Source: Escherichia phage JSE
Sequence record: EU863408
Length of the DNA: 64,000 bases
Direction: 5' to 3' (one strand)
Positions 45,013 to 55,610 of the stretch are shown piece by piece. Below the pieces are notes generated by a model. The model saw only the letters and a program-made list of their open reading frames with translations, was not told where the DNA came from and ran no database searches. A program made the translations under genes and the position numbers. Every line of letters begins with the position of its first letter. Position 1 is the first letter of the stretch.

Positions 45013-48000
45013 ATGGCAGATTTTTCTCAACATTTCAAGGCCACATTTGGCTTTGACGCTGGTAATGAAAAGGTCGTCAATGTAGCATACGCAGATAAAA
45101 ACACATCAACGGATGCGGTCAACGTTGAATTTTTCAATTACCATAATGGTATTACTCAGTATGACACAACTCGCGGTTATGATCAATACGGAACTACAAT
45201 CTATCAAAACCGTCCGTATTATGCAAAAGAAGATATCACAAAGCCAGCAGGTGATTTTGACCCGACTAAATGGCAAGCACTGCGCACGGACCCACGTTGG
45301 GATTATATTGCAGCAACTTCCAGTGATACTCCTTTAAAGTCTGGTGATTATATCGCAGCAGATGGTCAATTTGCAAACTTGACTTTCTCTATGCCAACTA
45401 AACCAGCAGAGGGAGACACTATAACAGTAAAAGATATCGGTGGCAAGTGTGGTGTTAACGAATTATCGTTCTTGAGTTCAGGACATGAGTTTTACCATAA
45501 CGGTAATGTGTATAACCGAAAATGGTATTGCACTACCCCGTATGCAATGAACTATTTCATCTTTGTTCGGAATCGTTGGCATGTTTATCAGACGGGAACA
45601 GAGCCGCGCGGTGTATACGCACAGCCAGCGATTGATGCTATTCAAATGCAGAATGGTGATCAGGTATTTCGTCGTAGTTCGTTGGGTAATATTACCTTAG
45701 TGCTTCCTAAGTTTGCCAACAATGGCGACATGATCCAGACTACAGACCTTGACGGATTAACCGCAACCAACCACGTTACGGTTAAAGTTCATGAGCACGC
45801 AGAAGAACAATCAATTGGCACGTCCGGTCTAAAAGAGATTATCGGTAAGCGTAGCGGTCATGGTGTATTCATCTTTGACAAGACGGAAAACTTATGGCGT
45901 TTGTGGGATGGTGATCAGTCTGTTCGTCTTAAACCGATCATCGATGACACTCGCTTGCAACCTAATAGCTATGTTGCTGTATTTGGTGGTCGTGATGTTA
46001 CTCTGACGCTGCCGACCAATGTCGAGCCGGGTGATCGTATTCAAGTTTCTATGCAGTATATGCAAGGAAACCAGAATTGCCGTATTATCACCGCCACAGA
46101 GGATACAAAAATCCTTATGCAGAAAAACATGGTTCAGTTTCCTAAGCGTAGCGAGTACCCATTCAATGGGACTGATACATGGACTGGAGTGTCTGAATTG
46201 TCTTTCAACGCTGCAAATGATTATGTACCTTATCTGGAGTTCTCTTATTCAGAAGGTGATGATGGTAAGAAATACTGGTTGGTGGCACATGCTCACCCGA
46301 TTGTAGAACGAGTAGATCCGACTCGTAAAGATCGTGTTGGTGTAATTGCACTGGCTACCCAAACTGAAACGAATAAAAACCATGAAGAGAATCCTAGCGA
46401 CGAAGTTGCAGTAACACCAAAAATGCTGGCTAATAAAACCGCCAACGAAACTCGACGCGGTATTGCTCGCATTGCGACTCAAGCGGAAACGCATCAAGAT
46501 ACTGGTTCCAACTTCCTGGATGATGTTATCGTTACGCCTAAAAAGTTAAATGACTGTGTTGCTACCGAAGCCCGTCGTGGTGTGATGGAAATTGCAACCC
46601 AGCACGAAACCAATGAAGGTTTAGACGATACCCGCGCTATTACTCCTAAGAAATTAGAAGAACGTCGCGCTTCCGAAGATCTCGCTGGTATTGCTGAAAT
46701 TGTTCAGGCTGGCGGCAGTGCTGCCGCTCGACGTGGCGAAGCTGGTACAGGGATCTATAACATCAATGACCATGCTAAAATTGTTACGCCAAAAAACATC
46801 AACGAAGTCAAGGCGACCGAAACTTCCCGTGGTGTTGGCTATCTGGCAACTGACGCGGAAGTGCAAGGGGCTACAGAATCAACCCCGCAAGATGCTTTAC
46901 TCATCACGACTCGCACGCTAACGAAACGTACTGCTACCGAATCGCGCACTGGTATCGCTGAAATTGCAACTCAGGAAGAAACAAACTTAGGTCAAAGTGA
47001 TAACCATATCATCACGCCTAAAAAGTTGCATACTCGCCGCGCAACGGAAACTTTACACGGTTTAGCAGAAATTGCAACTCAGCCGGAATTTGACGCAGGT
47101 CTTGACGATGCTCGCATTTCTACCCCATTGAAGATTAAAACCTTCTTTGAGAATGCACAGCGTTTGAAAGTCGATCCGACTCAGGGGCTTAACCTTACTG
47201 GTGATTTGTGGCAAGGTATCACGATTCGCGGTTTGGATGCAACCGAAGATACAAAAGGTGTCGCTAAAGTTGCTACTACTCAGCTTACGGATGCTGGTCA
47301 AGATGATACTACAATCATCACGCCTAAAAAGCTGCAAGGCAAAAAGGCCACCGAAGGTAAAGAAGGTATTATCCGAGTTGGTACTCAAGCCGAAACCGTG
47401 GCTGGTGCACTGGCTAATGTAGCAATTTCTCCGAAGAACTTCAAATATGTTGTTCAGACAGAGGATACATGGAAAGCAACCGAAGCGCGTCGTGGTTTCT
47501 TGAAAGTTGCTACTCAGGAAAACTGTTTTGTTGGTGATAATCTGCAAGGTTCTACTCAAGAACTAGGAAACTACCAGCATGACGGAATTGCTGTTACCCC
47601 TAAAGGATTAAACTACGCACTTGCTAATTTCTTACCTAAGATGGCAACCGCTCAGAATAGTTTGAAATTGGGTAACGTAGAGGCCGCTAAATGGGCGCGT
47701 AGAGACATTGACCAGACCATAGAGAGCAATTACACGTTTAATAAAAACGTTAACGTGAAGGGCGATTTAGAGTGCTTAAAATCAGGTTCCTTTGAAACTC
47801 TGTCTGTGACTAAGAACTCAACCGACGATCCGAGTAATGGTCATCTGGTGTTGGGTGAGCGTGGAGTTGACGGTCACACCGGAATTACTCTGCATGGCAC
47901 AACCGCATCGGAAGGCATGAAAAACTCGTGGTCTATTATCGTTGGTGGTACTGGAACAGCGCAAGTTGTTGATAGTGATGCTATCGCTTTCGGTAAAATC

Positions 48001-48753
48001 AATGATGGTGGAGTCGTCGAGCATTACGCCTTTGCTATGGAACACAATGGCGACGCGACAGCATATAGAGACTTTATTGCAGGTCGTAACCTGTATGCGA
48101 AACAAGGCGGTTTATACATTGTTGACCAGTCTAATCCGGCAATGACTCGTTCCCCAGATGGTATGCTGAATATCGGTCACGGTGGAAGTGTTAACATCAA
48201 GGCAGGTCATCAAACGTTAACTACAGAGATCGCCGGACAGAAATATCAGATCGTACACGCAGGAAACGCTGATGAAGTTCTTAACCGTCAGTTTGTTAAG
48301 AATGCTGGCGATACAATGGTCGGTAAGCTGACTATGGATAATGCGCCTATTGTTTCTGTTAAGCATGAAGCTAGCGCGGCAACCGCTCCGGCAATCAGCA
48401 ACATCGGTTTCTGGAATATGCGCGTTACTACCCAGAACATCAAAGAAACTTATCCAGAGAAGAAAAACGGTACTCTGATGCAATGGGGTACTGACGCGGA
48501 CGGGCTTACCCAGCTTTGGTCCCCAGATGGTACTCATAAACATTATATCCGTTCCGGTACTGGTGGTCAATGGACCGCATGGGGTGAAATTTACACCAAA
48601 CAGAATAAGCCTACCGCTCAGGAAATCGGGGCAGTAGTTGCAGAAGGTGGTTTAATGAACTCTATGACGGTGCGTGACTGGATCAAAGTTGGTAATGTTA
48701 AAATCATCGCCAATAATCTGACTCGTACCGTAGACTTTATCTGGGAAGACTAA
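45013..48753 (+). CDS. 34: long tail fiber proximal subunit gp34
   Basis: 1246 aa; N-terminus and repeated ATE.RRG.A.IAT and ITPKKL segments match T4 gp34. Confidence 0.9.
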   Translation: MADFSQHFKATFGFDAGNEKVVNVAYADKNTSTDAVNVEFFNYHNGITQYDTTRGYDQYGTTIYQNRPYYAKEDITKPAGDFDPTKWQALRTDPRWDYIAATSSDTPLKSGDYIAADGQFANLTFSMPTKPAEGDTITVKDIGGKCGVNELSFLSSGHEFYHNGNVYNRKWYCTTPYAMNYFIFVRNRWHVYQTGTEPRGVYAQPAIDAIQMQNGDQVFRRSSLGNITLVLPKFANNGDMIQTTDLDGLTATNHVTVKVHEHAEEQSIGTSGLKEIIGKRSGHGVFIFDKTENLWRLWDGDQSVRLKPIIDDTRLQPNSYVAVFGGRDVTLTLPTNVEPGDRIQVSMQYMQGNQNCRIITATEDTKILMQKNMVQFPKRSEYPFNGTDTWTGVSELSFNAANDYVPYLEFSYSEGDDGKKYWLVAHAHPIVERVDPTRKDRVGVIALATQTETNKNHEENPSDEVAVTPKMLANKTANETRRGIARIATQAETHQDTGSNFLDDVIVTPKKLNDCVATEARRGVMEIATQHETNEGLDDTRAITPKKLEERRASEDLAGIAEIVQAGGSAAARRGEAGTGIYNINDHAKIVTPKNINEVKATETSRGVGYLATDAEVQGATESTPQDALLITTRTLTKRTATESRTGIAEIATQEETNLGQSDNHIITPKKLHTRRATETLHGLAEIATQPEFDAGLDDARISTPLKIKTFFENAQRLKVDPTQGLNLTGDLWQGITIRGLDATEDTKGVAKVATTQLTDAGQDDTTIITPKKLQGKKATEGKEGIIRVGTQAETVAGALANVAISPKNFKYVVQTEDTWKATEARRGFLKVATQENCFVGDNLQGSTQELGNYQHDGIAVTPKGLNYALANFLPKMATAQNSLKLGNVEAAKWARRDIDQTIESNYTFNKNVNVKGDLECLKSGSFETLSVTKNSTDDPSNGHLVLGERGVDGHTGITLHGTTASEGMKNSWSIIVGGTGTAQVVDSDAIAFGKINDGGVVEHYAFAMEHNGDATAYRDFIAGRNLYAKQGGLYIVDQSNPAMTRSPDGMLNIGHGGSVNIKAGHQTLTTEIAGQKYQIVHAGNADEVLNRQFVKNAGDTMVGKLTMDNAPIVSVKHEASAATAPAISNIGFWNMRVTTQNIKETYPEKKNGTLMQWGTDADGLTQLWSPDGTHKHYIRSGTGGQWTAWGEIYTKQNKPTAQEIGAVVAEGGLMNSMTVRDWIKVGNVKIIANNLTRTVDFIWED

Positions 48754-48758
48754 TTAAA

Positions 48759-48774
48759 GGGGGCGAAAGCCCCC
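48759..48774 (+). other. GC hairpin with GAAA tetraloop after gene 34
   Basis: GGGGGC-GAAA-GCCCCC just before the gp35 RBS. Confidence 0.4.
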
Positions 48775-48786
48775 TATGGGGTTATT

Positions 48787-49926
48787 ATGACACAAGATAT
48801 AGAATTACGCAACACTGGAATTAGGTTTGCGCATTTCGACGAAGACTCTGCGACATTTACCAGCATTTCAGAAAATAACTCTGTGATGTATAAGCTGGAA
48901 GTGCGCGGATCTAATGCGGATTCGACCAAACCAGCAAGGATTAGATTTAATGGAGTGGAGATCGTTGGCACTGGCTATGAAAATGGCCTAAATTTTAAAG
49001 TTCTTACTCCAACTGGACAACTACACGAAGAAAAGGTATTCTATGGTCGCGGTGCTGTTTTGGCAATGCGTGATTATCTTTATTTGCTGAAAGGTGACTA
49101 TATCATTGCGATGGCAACACATGGAGAATTGTTTGCAGATCCGATAAGTGATGATATATTTTCTAAGCTGGGATCTGTATCATTCCCGAATCACATTTTG
49201 TTACAGCAAATGCCTCGTGTATCCTATGCAGCAATTTATTCTACTAAAATGGGTAAAATTGTGTGCGAAGGGATGCAAGCAACGCACGGAGAAGGTCAAG
49301 ATTCGTCTATACAAATTGAGAAAGTTTATGATACTATAGACGATCTTGCAATAACAGGAACACCACAACGATTTTTAGATTATCCGGTTGAATATGTTAG
49401 CGAAGATGCCGAACATTTCGAGCTAATACAATGGCCTCATGATGAGATCAGCGCACCACTTGAATATTTTAACATAAAGGCAGGTGACAAACTATCAATA
49501 TCCTTTGAATTGTTCCGTGATAGTGCCGCAGCCGCAGCCAACGTAACAGCGCGTTTCTATCACAACTACTTCACTGATGGACAATATCAAACTGGCGTTC
49601 GTTATAATACCAGCCAGAAGGATCAATGGGAAAAGTTTGAAGCCGTCTATACCGTACCGGAAGGAGTTGATAGTGTTACCACTGGTTGTATCAGATATCC
49701 AACCAACTCAAATGAAGGTATTGTTAAAATTAGAAACATACTAATAACGCCGATCAGCGGAGTCGTCAAAACTACTGGTCCGACTTCATTTGGTGTTAAT
49801 GGTGTTAGAACAACTCATATTCAGGATAACGGTGATTTTACTAACCCTGTAATGAGTCTTCTTAAACTGCCTAGAGATAATAAACACATCACATCCAACA
49901 ACTTTAAAGAGTTCGATGTTGATTAA
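48787..49926 (+). CDS. 35: long tail fiber hinge protein gp35
   Basis: 379 aa; synteny between 34 and 36. Confidence 0.75.
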   Translation: MTQDIELRNTGIRFAHFDEDSATFTSISENNSVMYKLEVRGSNADSTKPARIRFNGVEIVGTGYENGLNFKVLTPTGQLHEEKVFYGRGAVLAMRDYLYLLKGDYIIAMATHGELFADPISDDIFSKLGSVSFPNHILLQQMPRVSYAAIYSTKMGKIVCEGMQATHGEGQDSSIQIEKVYDTIDDLAITGTPQRFLDYPVEYVSEDAEHFELIQWPHDEISAPLEYFNIKAGDKLSISFELFRDSAAAAANVTARFYHNYFTDGQYQTGVRYNTSQKDQWEKFEAVYTVPEGVDSVTTGCIRYPTNSNEGIVKIRNILITPISGVVKTTGPTSFGVNGVRTTHIQDNGDFTNPVMSLLKLPRDNKHITSNNFKEFDVD

Positions 49927-49940
49927 CATTTTTAACAAGC

Positions 49941-49968
49941 CGATCCTCGTGGTCGGCTTTATTTTTAT
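49941..49968 (+). terminator. rho-independent terminator after gene 35
   Basis: GCCGATC-loop-GTCGGC hairpin followed by TTTATTTTT. Confidence 0.6.
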
Positions 49969-50087
49969 ACAGTTGGTTAAAACATAACCGAAACGAAGAA
50001 AGATCTTTAGAATAATAGAAAATTTGTTTCGGTTAAAAAATAGTCAGTGCCTACGGCACGTCGCGAAGCGATATTTTGTTAACATTC

Positions 50088-50095
50088 TATAAATA
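50088..50095 (+). promoter_or_regulatory. T4-type late promoter motif TATAAATA upstream of gene 36
   Basis: Exact TATAAATA 34 nt before the gene 36 ATG. Confidence 0.6.
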
Positions 50096-50128
50096 CTCGG
50101 AACTATAACTAATTTTTGAGGTTACTTT

Positions 50129-51619
50129 ATGGCAGATTTGAAACATGGATCTACTGTAGGCGGATCTCCCATTTGGACGCAAGGAAACTTGACGATCCAG
50201 CCAGCGGGGGATCAGCTTTTCTACAAAGGTCATAAAATCTATACCGCTTTTGATAAACCTTCGGCTGCCGATTTTGATGCTGTTAGTGCTAAAGACGGTG
50301 GCACATTTCAAAAGCAGGTCCATTTTGAGGAAGGTTTAAGCGTAGGTAGCGCATCGGCTGGAGAAACCAAAAAGAACGGGATCTTTAAAGGAAATAGTGA
50401 TGCGGCTAACTTTGATGGTGTAAGTTGGGGTTTGCATTCGTGGAAATCTATTGGTTTTGTTAATGCCCGTGATGGCGTTATCATGGCTTATATTGACACT
50501 ACCACAGGTGATTTTAAAACTAAAGGGACTATCGAAGGGACAACCATTAAAGACACAGGTCAACGCGTCTATAGCCCTGTTAATAAACCAACGAATAATG
50601 ATTTAGATTTGGTGTCTCGTCGCGGTGATACCCTCACAGGAACATATAATTTAAACACTGTCACTGTTAAACTATCGGTTGATTCGAAATTAATTGCAAG
50701 GGAACGTGATTTAATTAATTTTGATGCGACTAAGATCTATTATGGTAACGTTCTTGATACGTTGGTCTTCCGAAGTAAAGATGAGCCTACCATTTTTGTT
50801 AATGGCAGAGAAGGTCGTTTTTATCACACCAACAATAAACCAACTAAAGCCGATGTTGGGCTAGGCAATGTCACCAATGATGCACAGGTTAAACGTGCTG
50901 GTGATATTATGGAAGGTAACTTGCAAGCGCCTAGAATGTTGGCGACAAACGATCCGGCTGGTCCTAATGAATTGGTTCGTTTGAGCTACTTTGAGAGAAA
51001 ATCAATGGTAGCAAATCCAACCATCATTGGAAACGTTGATTGGAACACTCTTATTAATCGCGGTATCTATCGTGTGGAAAATGCTGGGTCAGGTACTAAT
51101 AAACCGTCTGATAGCTATTATAACGGCGTTTTGATGGTATATCGCCCAGAAGATGCGGTCGGTACTCGTCGAATTGTTCAGGTGTATTATCCTGAATCTA
51201 TTGACCATCCGATGTGCTGGCGTTCGTGTTCTAATGAATCATGGACTGCATGGAACTATGTAGATCACCGTAAATTAGCCGATATTCGCTATGTTAACGT
51301 AACTGGCGATACCATGACAGGACCGTTAACTGTTCCGGCTGCAAACGGTGTTAGAACAGCTAGAGGTGCATATAATGGTGATAACTACTATGCTGGGTTA
51401 AATAGTGCCGATGGCACGGCTATGATTCACCGTATCAGCGATATTAAAGCCACTGAAAAATTGGGTATTACACATGATTCGAAAGCTGTTTTCGTTAAAT
51501 CGCGTGGAAATACTCAAGCCACAGACCGCTATGAACTTTACCACGAAGGGCATAAACCTACCCCTGCCGAAGTTGGCGCGGTTCCACTTAATGCGGTGAT
51601 TGATTTTGGTACTTTCTAA
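50129..51619 (+). CDS. 36: long tail fiber distal-half connector gp36 (extended, 496 aa)
   Basis: N-terminus MADLKHGSTVGGS..W.QGN resembles T4 gp36; repeated NKPT segments. Confidence 0.75.
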   Translation: MADLKHGSTVGGSPIWTQGNLTIQPAGDQLFYKGHKIYTAFDKPSAADFDAVSAKDGGTFQKQVHFEEGLSVGSASAGETKKNGIFKGNSDAANFDGVSWGLHSWKSIGFVNARDGVIMAYIDTTTGDFKTKGTIEGTTIKDTGQRVYSPVNKPTNNDLDLVSRRGDTLTGTYNLNTVTVKLSVDSKLIARERDLINFDATKIYYGNVLDTLVFRSKDEPTIFVNGREGRFYHTNNKPTKADVGLGNVTNDAQVKRAGDIMEGNLQAPRMLATNDPAGPNELVRLSYFERKSMVANPTIIGNVDWNTLINRGIYRVENAGSGTNKPSDSYYNGVLMVYRPEDAVGTRRIVQVYYPESIDHPMCWRSCSNESWTAWNYVDHRKLADIRYVNVTGDTMTGPLTVPAANGVRTARGAYNGDNYYAGLNSADGTAMIHRISDIKATEKLGITHDSKAVFVKSRGNTQATDRYELYHEGHKPTPAEVGAVPLNAVIDFGTF

Positions 51620-51623
51620 TTTT

Positions 51624-51649
51624 AGCGGGGATTATCTCCCCGCTTTTCT
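51624..51649 (+). terminator. terminator-like hairpin after gene 36
   Basis: AGCGGGGA-loop-TCCCCGCT followed by TTTTCT. Confidence 0.5.
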
Positions 51650-51689
51650 AAATAATATTATTCTAATAACCGTTTAAGGATTTTATAAA

Positions 51690-54599
51690 ATGGCAGATTT
51701 AAACAGAATCCAATTTAAACGTACTAGCACGAAAGGTCGTAAACCTGATGCTACTACAATGACGCAAGGTGAACTTGCTATCAACCTGCATGATTATTAT
51801 TTGTTTACAAAAAATGACTCTGGTTCTATTATTAACTTAAGCTGTCCTCCGATCTATGACCGCGATGTTATCATGGCTGGTAAAGTAAAGGGAGATTATT
51901 ACATTTTAGGTAAAACCGCCAATTATCTTGAAGATCAGACAGCGAGAGACCTTAACCGTTTTGGAGCATTCCGTACCAACGGTCTAGATGGATTTTTAGA
52001 TTTGACCTTGCATGTTCCTCATTCTGCTGGCGTTCAACATGGTCGAGGATTTACTTTCCGTTATGCGACTGGCGGATCTCGTGTTGAAACATATGGGTAT
52101 AATGCACAGGGACAAAAAGCATTTAGCTATAAAATGTATCATGAAGGTGATAAACCAACTCCAGGAGAACTGAACGTTTATAGCAAACAAGAAGTAGATA
52201 GAATGTTTGTTAAAAACGTTAAACTTTCTACAGGTTCTGGTGATATCGTTGACGGTTATTTTAAATTAGCGACTGCGATGATTCCACAAGACGGTCGTAG
52301 TGTATTTTTCCGTATTCATGGTGGTAACGGATATAACATTACTGCATACGATCAAGTTGATATTGTAGAAATTGTTATTCGCAGTGGAAATAATCGTCCT
52401 AAAGGTGTTAACGTTATTGCATACCGCCGAAATACAAACAAAGCATTTGATGTTTTGGCTGTTAATACTTCTGGTGATAACTATGATATCTACGTGAAAT
52501 ATCAGCGTTACACTGATAACGTTATTGTTGAATTTGGTAAAAGTGTTGATGTTAATCTGGTAGTCCATGACGTTCCAGACTTTGTTGTTGATCGTCCTGT
52601 TGGCGATAATGTTATTGGCGGTCGCGCGGTAACTCTTTTCAACACCGAAAACAAACGAGGTGTGTTGAGTTTTGACGACAATACACAAAACAGCTATGAT
52701 ATTGTTCACATGAGTAATGATAAAGGTACTGGACGAAAATATATTCGTAAATTCCGTAGTAACTATAATGAAATGATCTGGCATGAGACGGTTCAAGGTA
52801 ACGTATATCGTTTAGCTACTGGAACTACCGACGCAAACGAAGTTCTCAAAATTACCGACCGCACGTTGCAAACTGGCAATGCTGTTTTTGACGGTGGTAA
52901 TAATAATGTTCGTTTACATCGTAAAACCGGAAAAAGTAACTATCTGGAATATTATGATGCCCGTGACGGAGCAAATAAACGTCAGGGATATATTGGGTAT
53001 GGCGATGCCACAACTAACCAGTTGTCAATTATTAACGAACTCTCCGAAGGTAATAACTCGATTTTCTTTAACGAGACAGGTCAAATTTCACTTAACGTAG
53101 GAAAGACAAAAATTGTTCATAGCAACGGACAATATATTTCTACCAACGCCGATAACTATCGTATAATTTATGGTAATTATGGAACATTCTGGCGAAATGA
53201 TAGCGTTAAACTTTATCTCATGTCCACTGCCGAAAATGATAAATGGGGTACTTGGAATAGCTATCGACCATTCATTTACAACCTAACCAGCGGCGATGTT
53301 CAATTGGGTGGTGATGGTAACGAATCGGCATTAACGTTAGAATGTGCTTCTCGTGCCGCTCGCTTTAGTAATGACGTTTACATTAAGAAAGGGCTTTTGA
53401 CTTTCGACGCTGGGCGATTAGGATCTCGCGATTATATTAGATTTAATCATTGGGGCGATAGCAATAACGGTCGCGATAACATCCTACAGATTGAAGACAG
53501 TCAGGGCGCACATTTTACCACTGAACGTGCTATGGGTACTGGTAACATAACAGCACGTTTTAAAGGCTTTGTTCGTGTTGAGTCTGGTGAGATTGCATTT
53601 GATGCTAATCGGGGGTCGCAGTCTCAATTTACCTTACACACATGGGGTAACGAGCAACGCAAACAGGTTTTTGAATGTAAGGATGCTACAAGTTATCACT
53701 GGTATACTGAACGTACTCAGGGTGGCACTGGACCTATTCTGTTCGTTATGGCGGGTAGTCTAAACGTTGGTAGCAATATCACAACAACTGGTCCGGATAT
53801 TACGTTTAAACGCGCTGGCAATAAGCACATCTGGTTTAGAGATCCAAACGGCTTAGAGTTAGGCTTGATGTACTGCGATGATGCTGGTGCTATTCGCTTC
53901 CGTGGTCAGAAACAAGCCCAGGCGTGGAAATTTGCAGATAAAATGATCCAGTTGGAATCTGGCACTGTATCCGGTGGCGGTAATGGCCTGATTCGTGGTG
54001 AAGTTGCTGGCGGTAGTTGGGCTAGCTGGCGTGACCGTGCTGCTGGCCTTATGGTTGGGTGTCCTCAATCAACCAATTCCGCTCATAACATCTGGAAAGC
54101 TACTCATTGGGGTCAATATCACATTGCAGCAATGGGTGTACATGTTCCTAACGGTACTATCGGTGATGCTATAGCTCGCCTAAACGTTCATGACGCCAAC
54201 TTTGACTTTAGCGCCTCCGGTGACATGTCGGCAGGGCGTAACGGTTCGTTTAACGATGTTTATATTCGTTCTGATGCTCGCCTTAAAATCAATAAGGAAG
54301 AGTATAAGGAGAATGCCACTGATAAAGTTAATCGCTTGACTGTGTACACCTACGATAAGGTTAAATCTTTAACTGACCGTAGTGTTATCGCCCATGAAGT
54401 TGGTATTATTGCTCAGGATCTTGAGAAAGAATTGCCGGAAGCAGTAACAACTTCTAAGGTCGGCGACCCAGATAAACCAGAAGAGATCTTAACAATTTCT
54501 AACTCTGCTGTCAACGCTCTTTTAATTAAGGCGTTTCAGGAAATGAGCGAAGAATTGAAAGCCGTTAAAGCTGAACTAGCGGAACTTAAAAAGAATTAA
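51690..54599 (+). CDS. 37: long tail fiber distal subunit gp37 with C-terminal intramolecular chaperone-like domain
   Basis: N-terminus MADLNRIQFKR..GELAINL resembles T4 gp37; C-terminal segment with SDARLK motif and terminal coiled coil. Confidence 0.8.
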   Translation: MADLNRIQFKRTSTKGRKPDATTMTQGELAINLHDYYLFTKNDSGSIINLSCPPIYDRDVIMAGKVKGDYYILGKTANYLEDQTARDLNRFGAFRTNGLDGFLDLTLHVPHSAGVQHGRGFTFRYATGGSRVETYGYNAQGQKAFSYKMYHEGDKPTPGELNVYSKQEVDRMFVKNVKLSTGSGDIVDGYFKLATAMIPQDGRSVFFRIHGGNGYNITAYDQVDIVEIVIRSGNNRPKGVNVIAYRRNTNKAFDVLAVNTSGDNYDIYVKYQRYTDNVIVEFGKSVDVNLVVHDVPDFVVDRPVGDNVIGGRAVTLFNTENKRGVLSFDDNTQNSYDIVHMSNDKGTGRKYIRKFRSNYNEMIWHETVQGNVYRLATGTTDANEVLKITDRTLQTGNAVFDGGNNNVRLHRKTGKSNYLEYYDARDGANKRQGYIGYGDATTNQLSIINELSEGNNSIFFNETGQISLNVGKTKIVHSNGQYISTNADNYRIIYGNYGTFWRNDSVKLYLMSTAENDKWGTWNSYRPFIYNLTSGDVQLGGDGNESALTLECASRAARFSNDVYIKKGLLTFDAGRLGSRDYIRFNHWGDSNNGRDNILQIEDSQGAHFTTERAMGTGNITARFKGFVRVESGEIAFDANRGSQSQFTLHTWGNEQRKQVFECKDATSYHWYTERTQGGTGPILFVMAGSLNVGSNITTTGPDITFKRAGNKHIWFRDPNGLELGLMYCDDAGAIRFRGQKQAQAWKFADKMIQLESGTVSGGGNGLIRGEVAGGSWASWRDRAAGLMVGCPQSTNSAHNIWKATHWGQYHIAAMGVHVPNGTIGDAIARLNVHDANFDFSASGDMSAGRNGSFNDVYIRSDARLKINKEEYKENATDKVNRLTVYTYDKVKSLTDRSVIAHEVGIIAQDLEKELPEAVTTSKVGDPDKPEEILTISNSAVNALLIKAFQEMSEELKAVKAELAELKKN

Positions 54600-54639
54600 G
54601 GAAACTCCCAGGGAAGGGAACTACTAAGGAGAAACGGCT

Positions 54640-54879
54640 ATGGTCTATAATATCGTCATTGGTGCTTTGTCTAATTTCGGAATGAAATTATTGTCAAAGT
54701 TAATTAGTGAAAAGATGCTCACTAAAATTTTCTTCTATTGCGCTCGTCGTCTTGCGGCTTATACCAATACGCCAATTGATGATCGTTTTGTGGAAGAACT
54801 TTATAAGGAGTTTAATAAAGATCAGTCAGAAGATAGTAACGAGCAAGATAAACCTAGTGATAGTCAACTACCTAAATAA
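54640..54879 (+). CDS. small hypothetical protein (79 aa)
   Basis: ORF between gene 37 and t; hydrophobic N-terminus. Confidence 0.4.
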   Translation: MVYNIVIGALSNFGMKLLSKLISEKMLTKIFFYCARRLAAYTNTPIDDRFVEELYKEFNKDQSEDSNEQDKPSDSQLPK

Positions 54880-54912
54880 GAGTACACTGTCATAGTTATC
54901 TTAGGGCATTAT

Positions 54913-55569
54913 ATGCAAGTTTCTGAAAAAGGGAAAGACTTTGCTATCTCAAATGTCCTGCGCGCTATTTTCACAACTAAAAGCACGGAGTTGCTCGTAC
55001 TTCGTGTTTTTGCTGCCGTCGTGTTGTCCATATTGGCATTTGTCGTTTATAGTAAAAACGAGTTATTTGCGCTTTATAAAGAGACTCGTTATGAGACTTA
55101 TGCTCACATTCTCCAGGTAGAGAAAGACCGCAATTTTGATAATGCAGCACAGGAGCAGTTACAGATAGTTCATGTATCGGCTGATGCCGATTTTTCTGCT
55201 GTTTTTAGTTTTCGTCCGAAAAACCTAAACTATTTTGTTGATTTGGTGGCATATGAAGGAAAGCTACCGCATACAATCGATGAAAAGAATTTAGGCGGAT
55301 TCCCTATCAATAAAACGAGTGAAGAATATCGTAGGCATCTTTTAGGTAAATCATATTTTACCGATAAAGATTTCCAGTATATTCCATCAAGAGAAAAGAA
55401 ATTAGAGAGTATCGATATAGGGGTTATGTATTCTTGTCCTATATTCAATCTCGACAATGTCTATTCTGGTAGTATCTCCATTGCATGGAAGAATAAACCG
55501 GATATTGACATTGAGAATTTAGATACTCTTTGCAATCAATCTGCCAGAATCCTCGGAAGGATTAGATAA
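54913..55569 (+). CDS. t: holin
   Basis: 218 aa; close to T4 holin T (LQIVH.S.DADFSAV.SFRPKNLNYFVD..AYEGKLP, YSCP.FNLDN.Y.G, ARILGR). Confidence 0.85.
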   Translation: MQVSEKGKDFAISNVLRAIFTTKSTELLVLRVFAAVVLSILAFVVYSKNELFALYKETRYETYAHILQVEKDRNFDNAAQEQLQIVHVSADADFSAVFSFRPKNLNYFVDLVAYEGKLPHTIDEKNLGGFPINKTSEEYRRHLLGKSYFTDKDFQYIPSREKKLESIDIGVMYSCPIFNLDNVYSGSISIAWKNKPDIDIENLDTLCNQSARILGRIR

Positions 55570-55574
55570 CTTAA

Positions 55575-55610
55575 AGGGGAAGCCTTTAGGCCTCCCCTTC
55601 TTTTTATTGG
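55575..55610. terminator. terminator-like hairpin after holin t
   Basis: GGGGAAGCC-loop-GGCCTCCCC followed by TTCTTTTTATT. Confidence 0.45.
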
